Part shown: positions 1-8,620 of the stretch, piece by piece | Numbering within the stretch: position 1 is the first letter of the stretch | Layout: every line of letters starts with the position of its first letter | NCBI GenBank assembly: GCA_017431585.1 | Contig: JAFRKU010000088.1 | Span: 1 to 43,943 of the forward strand | Direction: 5' to 3' | Length of the DNA stretch: 43,943 bases | DNA from: a bacterium | Lineage (GTDB): Bacteria; Patescibacteriota; Microgenomatia; UBA1400; PJMF01 | Position numbers and translations under genes: made by a program | The notes under the pieces: model-generated | What the model was told of the DNA's origin: nothing | The model's input: the letters and a program-made list of their open reading frames with translations, nothing else | Databases searched by the model: none

Positions 1-783
1 GAGTAGCATGTGGCCGCCGGGGTGGTAAAACCAGTCGCCGGTGTGATCGCGCTCGATAACGGCTTGATACAATTTGTCCAGGATAAACGGGGCATCAGGG
101 CGAGCTTTGATCCGGGCGTGACCGGTTTTGCTGTCTTTTTTGATGACTAGCATGTAGCCGGCTTTTTGGGCCACGGGTAGCACGGCTTCGCTGCCGGTTT
201 CGATGGCAAAAGCACTTTGGCCGTTGGCTAAGGTGAAGACAATCCCCTCTCCGAGTTTTTCGGCGGCTTGGACGTGTTTTTTCATGGAAGCATAGACAAA
301 ATCCAGCAGACGACCGCCGAGTTCCACCTGATAGCTGTCATCATTGGTGGCGGTGGCGTCCATGGCGTCGATGATTTGGTGGAGCATGAATTCGTAGCGG
401 GGGTGATTGGCGTCGGGCCAAAATGCTTCGCCAAAATGATCAACGTCGGTGATGTGCTCAACCATGAGTTTCAAGGCGGTATCGGAAGTGTACTCTGGGT
501 GCACGCGCAGCAGGTAAGCGTAAACTAGTGAGCAAGCGCTGTATTGGGGACCGGCTTTTTCAGGAGTATGATGGTCAAATTCGCCCCGGCCAGTATCCAC
601 GTGGGTGACATCTGCCATGGCAAAGCCGAGTTGAGCGGCTGTTTCGGGGGCGATCGTCTGGCCTGCGGGTACGAAAGCGACTTTACTGCCGCCGTAGTGC
701 TGATTATCGAAACGTTGGAGCAACCAGATGGCGCCGATGGCGTCTAAATCTGGGACTTGATGAGCGACAATTAATCGTGGCAT
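1..783 (-). CDS. DHH-family phosphoesterase (partial; C-terminus runs off the window)
   Basis: Absent from the ORF track because it has no stop inside the window. Reading the reverse complement from ATG 783..781 stays open to position 1 (261 codons): MPRLIVAHQVPDLDAIGAIWLL...VTHVDTGRGEFDHHTPEKAG...VIERDHTGDWFYHPGGHMLL. H-x2-PDLD and FDHH match DHH motifs I and III. TGTATAAT (797..790) lies 6 nt from the ATG. Confidence 0.6.
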   Translation of the reverse strand, partial: MPRLIVAHQVPDLDAIGAIWLLQRFDNQHYGGSKVAFVPAGQTIAPETAAQLGFAMADVTHVDTGRGEFDHHTPEKAGPQYSACSLVYAYLLRVHPEYTSDTALKLMVEHITDVDHFGEAFWPDANHPRYEFMLHQIIDAMDATATNDDSYQVELGGRLLDFVYASMKKHVQAAEKLGEGIVFTLANGQSAFAIETGSEAVLPVAQKAGYMLVIKKDSKTGHARIKARPDAPFILDKLYQAVIERDHTGDWFYHPGGHMLL

Positions 784-822
784 ACTATTATTATACACCT
801 GATTGACACATTTTGTACCTTG

Positions 823-856
823 AAAAAATAGTGCCCCCCGGAATGTGACCGGAGGG
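823..856 (-). terminator. Rho-independent terminator (minus strand)
   Basis: On the minus strand, CCCTCCGG-tcacatt-CCGGGGGG (hairpin 856..834) is followed by cacTATTTTTT (T-run 828..823). Confidence 0.6.
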
Positions 857-1071
857 CTATCAAAAAAAGGTATGGAAGAATCGGAGGCGCTCTTGCTTGG
901 CAAAGGAGAAATTTGAGCGCCCATAGGTTTCTGCACCCATGGCGTAAGGTGCCCTCCCCTATGAGGAGGAATTTATGATAAACGCCCGCGGCGGGTGTTT
1001 AAGCCATTTTTCCATACAAAAGATCGTTAGCCGCCGAAAGTTTGCTCGCTGTGAACAAATTTCGATGACAA
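823..1071 (-). ncRNA. Candidate ~250-nt non-coding RNA of unknown class
   Basis: A consensus promoter (TTGACA 1106..1101, 17-nt spacer, TGATATAAT, -10 at 1083..1078) fires toward the hairpin plus T-run terminator at 856..823. The longest sense ORFs are only 18 and 26 codons. Several local stems are visible, e.g. CCTCC-tcata-GGGGAGG and CCATGGG-tgcagaaa-CCTATGG. The downstream DHH gene has its own -10 box. Confidence 0.35.
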
Positions 1072-1077
1072 GCTACC

Positions 1078-1123
1078 ATTATATCATATATAGTTACATT
1101 TGTCAAGAGGCAATTTCGCCTGG
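1078..1123 (-). promoter_or_regulatory. Sigma-70-type promoter with conserved upstream module (copy B)
   Basis: Minus strand reads CCAGGCGAAATTGCCTCTTGACAAATGTAACTATATATGATATAAT. It is nearly identical to the modules at 4709..4754 and 25123..25168. Confidence 0.6.
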
Positions 1124-1298
1124 TGTAGACAAAAGGTCTCAAAAGCCCACAAAGGCGATCGCAAAGGGATTTTTTGGCAGGCGAAACTTGTTATCAATCA
1201 AAAATCTGGAGTGCTAAATAGTCAAGTGAGCGACGAAAGATTGGGGCTGTCCTGGGGGCGGTAGTTGCCGCCTATCAGCGCTTCAAATGAGGTCGCAA

Positions 1299-1510
1299 GT
1301 TATAGGCTGTGCACGCTCGCCAGACGGGAAAATATTATAGGACTTTAGGTAAAGTCCTTATAAGTAATGAAATATTATAGGATGTTTACGTAAAGTCCTA
1401 TAATATTGAATTTTTAAATTATAGGCTATGGAGGTGATTGACCGATAAGGGCGACTTTTTATAGGATTTTCGGTTTTTATTTGGTTTTAGCCGACGATTA
1501 TGGGACTTTT
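1299..1510. repeat. Cluster of TTATAGGA-type repeats with two near-perfect hairpins
   Basis: Full 12-mer AATATTATAGGA at 1331..1342 (+), 1371..1382 (+) and 1396..1407 (-). Partial copies near 1299, 1356, 1417, 1459 and 1496. Palindromes: TTATAGGACTTTA-gg-TAAAGTCCTTATAA (1335..1363) and AATATTATAGGATGTTTAC/GTAAAGTCCTATAATATT (1371..1407). Confidence 0.7.
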
Positions 1511-2344
1511 GGGGCCGCTAGTATGCGGTGGGCGGGCAATTGTACAATGTTTTTGTACAAAAAGAGCACGGTGACGGTAGCCGCATTGGCGGCGAAAAAA
1601 GCGCGGCGAGATGCGACGCTGCGGGTGATGACTTGATAATAAATAGTTATTGGCGGTCAAAAGGCGCCTTGGGCTGGGCAGACGAGTGGGTAGAATATAA
1701 AGCTAACATTTTATTACAGGTCTAGCTGGTGTGGCGAGGACGCGGTTGGCGGCTGCGAGTGAAAAAGTAGTTACTGGATGGTTATCAGTATGACTATGGG
1801 ATAAAAAACGCGGCTGTGGCTCAGCAAGTCAGGAAAAATTTCAACTTATAGGTTTAAAATGTGTGATTTTTAATCATTATAAGAGAGTTGAGAAGGTAAA
1901 ATAAGAGTAGTGGACAGCCGGCTGGGATAGATTTAATTTAACACTGATTTTTTTCTTAGCAAACGAGACGTGAGAGTGCTAAAAATACTCCTGCTGAATT
2001 TGCGCCGATACGAGCTAGTTTTTATCAGATTGAATGCGAGCGCTGGCTGGCGTTGACCAATGTGAGTGATGATCCGATCATATAGACTCACCAGAGGAAA
2101 CGGAGCGACTGGGCGTTGCAAAAATGCTGCCAAGTTGAGAGCTGATAAGAATTAATTATACATAATCAACCGCGGCGAGAAGCGAAAGGCTGATACTAGT
2201 GAGCACTGGCCCAAATGGACCTCTTATGTACCGGCAGTCATGAGGCTGATAATATTGGTGCTGGCTGACAAAATGTGGCACCCGATGGCAACAGATAGCA
2301 ATTTGGCAGCGGAAAAAAGTGGATTTTGAGGTATAATCAGTCAG

Positions 2345-2746
2345 ATGTTACCAAAAAGAGATCGGATCAGATACCGTCTGGAGAGTGAGTTTTTTACTCA
2401 CGCTCGGGAGTGGAATTGCACCTGGGGACGCTGGCGCTATCGGCTCGAAGAGACGGGAGTGGGCGCCAAAGTGGCAATTATTGTGCCCAAAAAATTTGTG
2501 GCGCAAGCGGTAGCGCGTCACAGGGCGAAGCGGCGGGTGGCGAGCGTGCTGGCAGAATTTTATCCGACGTGGCCGGCGGGTGAGTATGTTTTGAGCCTAA
2601 ACCAGGAGGCGGTGCAGATCAGCCAGGCTCAAATGCGCGCCGACATGGCATTTTTTGCGCACCAGCGGTTGGGTGCGCAATCTGAGGCGCCAGCGGGCGC
2701 AAAATGTGATAAAATAGCAGATATTGACACCAGAGAGGAAAGATAA
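2345..2746 (+). CDS. rnpA: Ribonuclease P protein component
   Basis: 133 aa. The basic core VAIIVPKKFVAQAVARHRAKRRVASVL fits the RnpA signature (KK-x3-AV-x-R-x-R-x-KR). TATAAT 2332..2337 lies 7 nt from the ATG. The stop is 3 nt before pheT. Confidence 0.7.
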   Translation: MLPKRDRIRYRLESEFFTHAREWNCTWGRWRYRLEETGVGAKVAIIVPKKFVAQAVARHRAKRRVASVLAEFYPTWPAGEYVLSLNQEAVQISQAQMRADMAFFAHQRLGAQSEAPAGAKCDKIADIDTREER

Positions 2747-2749
2747 GTT

Positions 2750-4729
2750 ATGAACATTTTAGTACCGATGTCTTGGTTGGGCGAATATTTGCAGACTGAT
2801 CTGGCGCCGGCGGAAATTGCGCGCTGGGGCGCTTTGCATGGGCCGTCTTTTGAGCATATTCTCGAGCGCGAAGGCGAGGCGGTGTTTGACATTGAAATCA
2901 CCACTAATCGCGTGGATGCGATGTGTATCAAGGGACTGGCGCGGGAGTTGGCGGCGATTTTGGGCGACCAGGCGGCGGCGCCCCGTTTACACGAGACGGT
3001 GACGGTGGATTTGCCGGTACAAACCAAAAAAACATTGCCTGTGCCGGAAATAGTGGTGGAAACTGAGGTAGTAAATAAAATTATGTGCGTGGTGCTGGAT
3101 AAGGTAGCCAATGTTGCTTCGCCGGCACGGGTGCAAAAGCGTTTGCGCCAGATTGAGCAAAACACTCATGGCGTGATTATTGATATGACTAATTATATGA
3201 CACACGAGTTGGGTCATCCATGTCACGCTTTTGATTATGATAAAATCATGGCTTTAGGTGGTAAAATTGTGATCAAACAGGCTCAAGCAGGCAAAAAGTT
3301 TGTGACTTTGGACGGCAATGAATATACCACCGTGGGCGGCGAAGTGGTCTTTGAAAATGACAAAGGAGAAATCATTGATTTACCGGCAATAAAAGGCACA
3401 TTGAACACAGCAATTGATCAAAATACTCAACGGGTGTTGTTTTGGTTGGAAAACATGAGTGCGCCAGTGGTGCGCCAGGCGAGTATGAGTCACGCTATCA
3501 GGACGGTGGCGGCGATTTTAAATGAGAAAAATGTGGATCCGAATTTGGCAGCGGAAGTGCTAGTAGCGGGTTGCCAGATGCTGCAAAAAGAGGCGGGCGC
3601 GAAAATTGCTTCGCCTGTTTACACCTGGACCAATCCTCACTGGCAAGAACAGACGCAACCGGTGGATTTGCATTGGCAACGGTTGCGCGACTATCTAGGA
3701 GTGACGGTGGAGCGCGAGCGAGTGGAGCGGTATTTGACGGATCTGGGTTTCACACTGGTGAGGCAAAATGACCAGGTGATGAGCGTGCGTGTGCCGAGTT
3801 TCCGGCGACATGATGTGACAATCGAGCAAGATTTGATTGAAGAGGTGGCGCGGTTGTACGGTTATCATAATTTGCCGAGTCGGTTGGATTTCCCGGTGGT
3901 AGATTTGCCGGTGCAACCCAAATTCGATTTTGCCTTGGAAACGGCGTTTAAACACTTTTTGGTCGACAATGGTTTAAGCGAAGTGTATACATATTGGGCG
4001 GTAGGCCGTGAACTTTTGACCAATGACGAGCAGACGTATTTGCGGCTGGAAAATCCGCTGACTGATGACAAAGTGTATCTGCGACAGCAACTGCTACCCA
4101 GTTTACAAAAAGTTTATGTGGACAATCGACCAGATAAACGGGAAGTAGCGGGCATTTTTGAAATGGCCAATGTCTATTTTCCAGGCAAGACGACTGACAG
4201 CGTGGACGAAAGATGGCATCTGGCGCTGGTGACTACTCTCCCCTATCGCCAACTGCGCGCCCTGATAGAAAAAATGTTGCGTTTGGGCAATATTAGCGTG
4301 GATATCGATCAAAGTGGCGTCATTAGTGCGGGCCGGCAACATTTAGGCAGCATTCAGAGTCTGACGGAAGGTCTGCTGGGCGTGGAATTAGAGATGTCGG
4401 CGGTGCTGGCGGCCAAAAAACGACTGATAATTTCGGGGAATTTGGCAACGACGCCGATTGTGCACGAAGATATCACTTTTGTGATTGACAACGTGCCGAT
4501 TAGCGATGTGATCAAGCGAATGCAGCAGGTGTCGCCTTTAATTAAACGGGTGCAGTTGGGCGAGATTTATCGCGATCACTACACATTTCATTTGGAATTT
4601 CAAGATCCGGCTAAAAATTTAACGTCTAGCGAACTTTTGCCGGTGCGACAAGCGATAGTGGCGACTATGAACAAAATTGGAGCTAAATTAGTGGGGCAAT
4701 TGTCTGCTCCAGGCGGAATTGCCTCTTGA
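2750..4729 (+). CDS. pheT: Phenylalanine--tRNA ligase beta subunit (short form)
   Basis: 659 aa, with MNILVPMSWLGEYL... and FDIEITTNRVDAMCIKGLARELA motifs and a C-terminal HEDITFVID...LGEIYRD end, all typical of PheT. The N-terminal helix region runs directly into the I-E-I-T-x-NR-x-D motif. The OB-fold tRNA-binding insert of ~800-aa PheT therefore appears absent. GAGGAAAG lies upstream of the ATG. Confidence 0.9.
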   Translation: MNILVPMSWLGEYLQTDLAPAEIARWGALHGPSFEHILEREGEAVFDIEITTNRVDAMCIKGLARELAAILGDQAAAPRLHETVTVDLPVQTKKTLPVPEIVVETEVVNKIMCVVLDKVANVASPARVQKRLRQIEQNTHGVIIDMTNYMTHELGHPCHAFDYDKIMALGGKIVIKQAQAGKKFVTLDGNEYTTVGGEVVFENDKGEIIDLPAIKGTLNTAIDQNTQRVLFWLENMSAPVVRQASMSHAIRTVAAILNEKNVDPNLAAEVLVAGCQMLQKEAGAKIASPVYTWTNPHWQEQTQPVDLHWQRLRDYLGVTVERERVERYLTDLGFTLVRQNDQVMSVRVPSFRRHDVTIEQDLIEEVARLYGYHNLPSRLDFPVVDLPVQPKFDFALETAFKHFLVDNGLSEVYTYWAVGRELLTNDEQTYLRLENPLTDDKVYLRQQLLPSLQKVYVDNRPDKREVAGIFEMANVYFPGKTTDSVDERWHLALVTTLPYRQLRALIEKMLRLGNISVDIDQSGVISAGRQHLGSIQSLTEGLLGVELEMSAVLAAKKRLIISGNLATTPIVHEDITFVIDNVPISDVIKRMQQVSPLIKRVQLGEIYRDHYTFHLEFQDPAKNLTSSELLPVRQAIVATMNKIGAKLVGQLSAPGGIAS

Positions 4730-4754
4730 CAAATGTAACAATGTGTGGTATAAT
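4709..4754 (+). promoter_or_regulatory. Sigma-70-type promoter with conserved upstream module (copy A)
   Basis: CCAGGCGGAATTGCCTCTTGACAAATGTAACAATGTGTGGTATAAT. The -35 TTGACA is at 4726..4731, the spacer is 17 nt, and the -10 is at 4749..4754. The pheT stop codon TGA (4727..4729) lies inside the -35 hexamer. Confidence 0.65.
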
Positions 4755-4761
4755 ATAGGAT

Positions 4762-5172
4762 ATGCAAACGAATACGGAACAATTGAGAACATGGTCACCA
4801 GAGCAAACTGGTGAGTTGGTGACACCCGCTAGTGTGGAAACGGACGCGCCGGTGGCGCCGGAGGTAGCCTCTCTGGAGAGCGAAGCGACTTTTGATCAAG
4901 CGCCTGAAAGCGAGACGGTCGCGCCCACATTTGAGGCTACGACTGCGGCGACATCACCGGTGGCCACAGACAGCGAAATGGCCGAAGCGAATGAGCCGGT
5001 GCTATCTGCCGCCAACAAACGATTAGTTGACAATGATTTTATGCCGATTGCGGATGAACATCCGCTTAAAACGCGGCTGGATATCGCCATGTCGCCAGTG
5101 AGCAAGGCTTACGGCTGGAACAAGATGGCCAGTCGCTTGCAAAACCAACGCTTCGAGCGCGGTGTGGTCTAA
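4762..5172 (+). CDS. Hypothetical acidic low-complexity protein
   Basis: 136 aa, rich in E/T/A/P/S, with no recognisable motif. The ATG is 7 nt after TATAAT. It directly precedes the VirD4-like ATPase. Confidence 0.5.
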   Translation: MQTNTEQLRTWSPEQTGELVTPASVETDAPVAPEVASLESEATFDQAPESETVAPTFEATTAATSPVATDSEMAEANEPVLSAANKRLVDNDFMPIADEHPLKTRLDIAMSPVSKAYGWNKMASRLQNQRFERGVV

Positions 5173-5214
5173 TTTGGGGTCGCGGCCGAGCCTTTTTGGG
5201 GGTATAATATCCCC

Positions 5215-7554
5215 ATGAATAATCTGTACACGATGGGGGAAGAGTTGCTGGCGATGATTATCCCGGCGGCGGTAAGCGTGGCGTGGATATTGGTGCTGGG
5301 GCTAGTGGGGTACGTGCTGTTTCATATCTGGATTAATCGCGATCGGGCGCGTCAGGCGGCCCAGACGGTGACGCTGCTGGTACGTTTGCCCAAAGACAAT
5401 GAGACCAAAATTGAAGCGGCTGAACAGATGTTTGATGCGATACACGCGCTGAAATTGACGACGTGGGAATCTTTGAGCCATCATGAGCCGAATTTTGCCA
5501 TTGAAATCGTGGCCCGCAAGGAAGATATTGCTTTTTATTTGAGCGTGCCGCAAGATTTGCGGGATTTGATTGAAAAAGATATTCACGCGGCGTATCCGAA
5601 TGCAGACATCGCTCCTGTGGTGGCGCCCAATATTTGGACATTGGGCAATCAAGTGGCTTTTACGCAGCTGAAACTTTTCGGCGGCGATCGTTGCCCGATT
5701 AAAACTTATCGGGAGTTGGCCAATGACGGCTTGCAGACGCTGACGAGTGCTTTGTCGAAAATGGGTGATGACGAGGGCGCGATCGTGCAATTTTTGATCC
5801 AGCCGACAGGCGAGCGGTTTCGGAATCAAAGTTTACGTCTGGTGCGACGCCAGCAAGAGCGCAGCAGTGATGCCAGCCAATCCTTTGAGGCCGACGGTCA
5901 CGAATTGCAAGCGATGGAAGAAAAAGTCAACAAATCGCTGTTTAAAACGGCTATTCGGGTGTGTGTGAGTGCCAAAACGCGGACAGTGGCGAATTCGCAT
6001 TTGAAAAACATTGTGGGCAGTTTTTCCCAATTTGACACGCCGCAAACTGGTTTGAGGGCGCGAGCGTGGATACCTTGGCCCCACTTTTTCCAAAAAAACT
6101 TTATTTATCGATACACTGCGTTTTTTGGTGATCATAATTTGCTGACTTTTAATTCGGAGGAGCTGGCTTCACTGATTCATTTCCCCAATCGCTCGGTGGA
6201 AACCCATCACATTCGCTTTTTGTATGCCAAAAATGCGCCGGCGCCGCGCGAGATTCCCACGACGGGTTTGTATCTGGGTAAATCGGTGTATCGGGGGGAT
6301 TCGCGGGAAATTTATATGGATTTGCCGGATAGACGGCGACATATGTACATCATTGGGAAAACTGGCACGGGTAAATCGGAATTTTTGAAAGAGATGATTT
6401 TGCAAGATATCGCCAATGGCTCGGGGGTGTGCGCGATTGACCCGCATGGCGAGTTTGTGGAAGATATTTTGCAGATGATTCCGGCGGAGCGGGCCGAGGA
6501 CGTGATTTACTTTAATCCTTCGGATTTAGAGCGGCCGCTGGGCATGAATATGATGGAAGCGGACACGGAGGAACAGCGGCATTTCGTGGTTAGTAGTGTG
6601 ATTGGTCTGATGTATAAGTTGTATGATCCGCATCACACGGGGATTATCGGGCCGCGGTTTGAGCACTCGATTCGCAACGCCATGCTGACGATCATGTATC
6701 GCAAAGGAGCCACGTTTATCGAGCTGGTGCGGTCGCTGACGGATGATAATTTTGTGCAAGAATTGTTGCCGTTTGTGGATGATCCGATGGTGAAACGTTA
6801 CTGGACCGATCAAATGGCGAAAACGTCTGATTTTCACAAGTCGGAAACGCTGGATTACATTGTGTCTAAGTTTGGGCGATTTGTGACGAATAAAACGATG
6901 CGCAATATCATTGGTCAGCCGGTGTCGGCGTTCAATTTCCGCCAGGCGATGGATCAAAAGAAAATCATTTTGTGCAATTTATCGAAGGGTATTTTGGGCG
7001 AGGAAGATGCCAAATTTTTGGGGCTTATTTTGGTGCCGAAAGTGTTGACGGCTGCCATGTCTCGTCAGGATGTACCAATGGAACAGCGCGAGGATTTTTT
7101 CTTGTATGTAGACGAGTTTCAAAATTATGCGACGGAAGATTTTGCCACGATTTTGTCGGAAGCGCGCAAGTATCGATTAAATCTAATCGTGGCCAATCAG
7201 TTTATTGCGCAGATTGAAGACGATGTGCGCAATGCCGTTTTTGGCAACGTGGGTACGATTGTCAGCTTCCGGGTGGGTGTCAATGACGCCCAATATTTGG
7301 AGCACGAATTTGCGCCGGTGTTTACCGAAACTGATTTGACTAATATCGAAAAGTTTCATGTCTACGTTAAAACTATTGTCAAAAACGAACCAGTGATGCC
7401 TTTTTCCATGTCGCTGTGGAAAGACATGTCTCAGGTGCAAGCACGGATGAATCCGGAGCTGGCCACGATGATTAAACAGTTGTCCAGACTGAAATACGGC
7501 AAAGACAAAGCGGAAGTGGAGGCCGAAATTGCGCAACGGGCGCGGTTGATTTAA
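5215..7554 (+). CDS. Membrane-anchored VirD4/TraG/TraD-like (DUF87/HerA-type) P-loop ATPase
   Basis: 779 aa. N-terminal TM helix IIPAAVSVAWILVLGLVGYVLF, Walker A GKTGTGKSEF, and Walker B/coupling-protein block FFLYVDEFQNYATEDFATILSEARKYRLNLIVANQFIAQI. TATAAT 5203..5208 lies 6 nt from the ATG. Confidence 0.75.
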   Translation: MNNLYTMGEELLAMIIPAAVSVAWILVLGLVGYVLFHIWINRDRARQAAQTVTLLVRLPKDNETKIEAAEQMFDAIHALKLTTWESLSHHEPNFAIEIVARKEDIAFYLSVPQDLRDLIEKDIHAAYPNADIAPVVAPNIWTLGNQVAFTQLKLFGGDRCPIKTYRELANDGLQTLTSALSKMGDDEGAIVQFLIQPTGERFRNQSLRLVRRQQERSSDASQSFEADGHELQAMEEKVNKSLFKTAIRVCVSAKTRTVANSHLKNIVGSFSQFDTPQTGLRARAWIPWPHFFQKNFIYRYTAFFGDHNLLTFNSEELASLIHFPNRSVETHHIRFLYAKNAPAPREIPTTGLYLGKSVYRGDSREIYMDLPDRRRHMYIIGKTGTGKSEFLKEMILQDIANGSGVCAIDPHGEFVEDILQMIPAERAEDVIYFNPSDLERPLGMNMMEADTEEQRHFVVSSVIGLMYKLYDPHHTGIIGPRFEHSIRNAMLTIMYRKGATFIELVRSLTDDNFVQELLPFVDDPMVKRYWTDQMAKTSDFHKSETLDYIVSKFGRFVTNKTMRNIIGQPVSAFNFRQAMDQKKIILCNLSKGILGEEDAKFLGLILVPKVLTAAMSRQDVPMEQREDFFLYVDEFQNYATEDFATILSEARKYRLNLIVANQFIAQIEDDVRNAVFGNVGTIVSFRVGVNDAQYLEHEFAPVFTETDLTNIEKFHVYVKTIVKNEPVMPFSMSLWKDMSQVQARMNPELATMIKQLSRLKYGKDKAEVEAEIAQRARLI

Positions 7555-7565
7555 ATATTATAGGA
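7554..7565 (+). repeat. AATATTATAGGA 12-mer copy abutting a stop codon
   Basis: TAAATATTATAGGA: the TAA stop of the ATPase gene overlaps the motif by one base. The same arrangement occurs at 10016..10029. Confidence 0.7.
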
Positions 7566-7576
7566 AAAAATGAGTC

Positions 7577-8584
7577 ATGCAAATTGAAGACTTTTTTACA
7601 TCTAAAGTAGTAGTTATTACTGGTGCATCGGGATTTATTGGTTCGCATCTTTCGGAGCGTTTGCTGGCGGCCGGCAACAGAGTGATAGGTGTGGACAATT
7701 TTATCACTGGAAACCGAAAAAATACCGAACATTTAGCCCAAAATCCCCATTGGGAATTGTTTGAGCAAGATATTTGTGATACACAGGGATTAAATGCGCT
7801 TTTAGACAAAATTTTGTCTAAATATGACCGGATCGATATGGTGTTGCATTTCGCTTCGCCAGCGTCACCGCCTGGCTACCAGCGGCATCCGCGAGAAACT
7901 TATTTGGTCAATTCACTGGCGACGGATAGTCTGCTGGCTTGGTTGCGAGGGCATTCACCAGAGAGTCGCTTCCTGTTTGCGGGAACGTCTGAGGCCTATG
8001 GCAATCCGCAAGTGCATCCGCAACCGGAAACTTATTGGGGTAATGTTAATCCCAATGGGCCGCGCAGTTGCTACGATGAAGCCAAACGTTTGGGTGAGAC
8101 GATTTGCGGCGTTTATGACCGAGATTTTGGTTTGGATACGCGGATTGTGCGCATTTTTAATACCTATGGTCCACGGATGGATTTGGCTGACGGGCGCATT
8201 TTACCGCAATTTATCCAGGAAATCCGACGCGGTCAGCCGCTGACGGTGTATGGCGATGGCAGCCAGACGCGCTCGTACTGCTTTATAGATGATTTGGTGG
8301 AGGCCGTTTTACGCTTGGCGGCTAGCCCGGATGGAGCGGGACAAACGGTTAATTGCGGTAATCCTGGCGAATACACCGTTTTGCAAACGGCGCAAATTTG
8401 CAATCAAGTGGCGGGTCGAGCGGCTGAGATGATCGAGTTTCGGCCTTTACCCACGGATGACCCCTTGCGGCGGCGGCCGGATATTACCAAAGCGCGTCAG
8501 TTGCTTTCATGGGAGCCAAAAGTGGCGTTTGCGGACGGTTTGCGAGTGATGATGACACATTATGGAATTGATGTAAAAAATTGA
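7577..8584 (+). CDS. UDP-glucuronate decarboxylase (UDP-xylose synthase-like SDR)
   Basis: 335 aa. Rossmann motif VVITGASGFIGSHL, then GTSEAYGNPQVHPQPETYWGNVNPNGPRSCYDEAKRLGE, which closely follows the UXS signature (STSEVYGDP..HPQ.E.YWG.VNP.G.R.CYDE.KR). Confidence 0.85.
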   Translation: MQIEDFFTSKVVVITGASGFIGSHLSERLLAAGNRVIGVDNFITGNRKNTEHLAQNPHWELFEQDICDTQGLNALLDKILSKYDRIDMVLHFASPASPPGYQRHPRETYLVNSLATDSLLAWLRGHSPESRFLFAGTSEAYGNPQVHPQPETYWGNVNPNGPRSCYDEAKRLGETICGVYDRDFGLDTRIVRIFNTYGPRMDLADGRILPQFIQEIRRGQPLTVYGDGSQTRSYCFIDDLVEAVLRLAASPDGAGQTVNCGNPGEYTVLQTAQICNQVAGRAAEMIEFRPLPTDDPLRRRPDITKARQLLSWEPKVAFADGLRVMMTHYGIDVKN

Positions 8585-8620
8585 TCAAACTTGTTAAAAA
8601 TATTGATTGAAAGGTAAAAT

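Noticed and set aside
975-1217. 80-aa ORF overlapping the conserved promoter module. Its peptide ICQEAISPG recurs in ORF 4600..4782.
   Set aside because: The shared peptide is a by-product of the repeated DNA promoter module (CCAGGC..TTGACAAA) read in a shadow frame. There is no start context, and the region is better explained by the minus-strand promoter and candidate ncRNA.
1299-1510. Possible degenerate CRISPR array, given short repeats at ~30-50 bp intervals.
   Set aside because: The conserved unit is only ~12 nt and occurs in both orientations, forming palindromes. Spacing is irregular, and the same motif is scattered at gene ends elsewhere. No cas operon is present.
1218-2344. Replication origin next to rnpA (AT-rich stretch plus iterated motif).
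   Set aside because: I could find no TTATCCACA-type DnaA boxes; the best partial matches are 6/9. No dnaA or dnaN is in the window. The iterated motif also occurs at 7554, 10018-10135 and 13093-13211, so it is not origin-specific.
1218-2344. RNase P RNA, tmRNA or rpmH hidden in the gap beside rnpA.
   Set aside because: No GAGGAAAGUCC or ACAGAA..GGCUUA cores, no tRNA-like 3' end with a T-loop plus CCA, and no short Arg/Lys-rich L34-like ORF were seen on either strand. A covariance-model scan would still be needed to exclude divergent forms.
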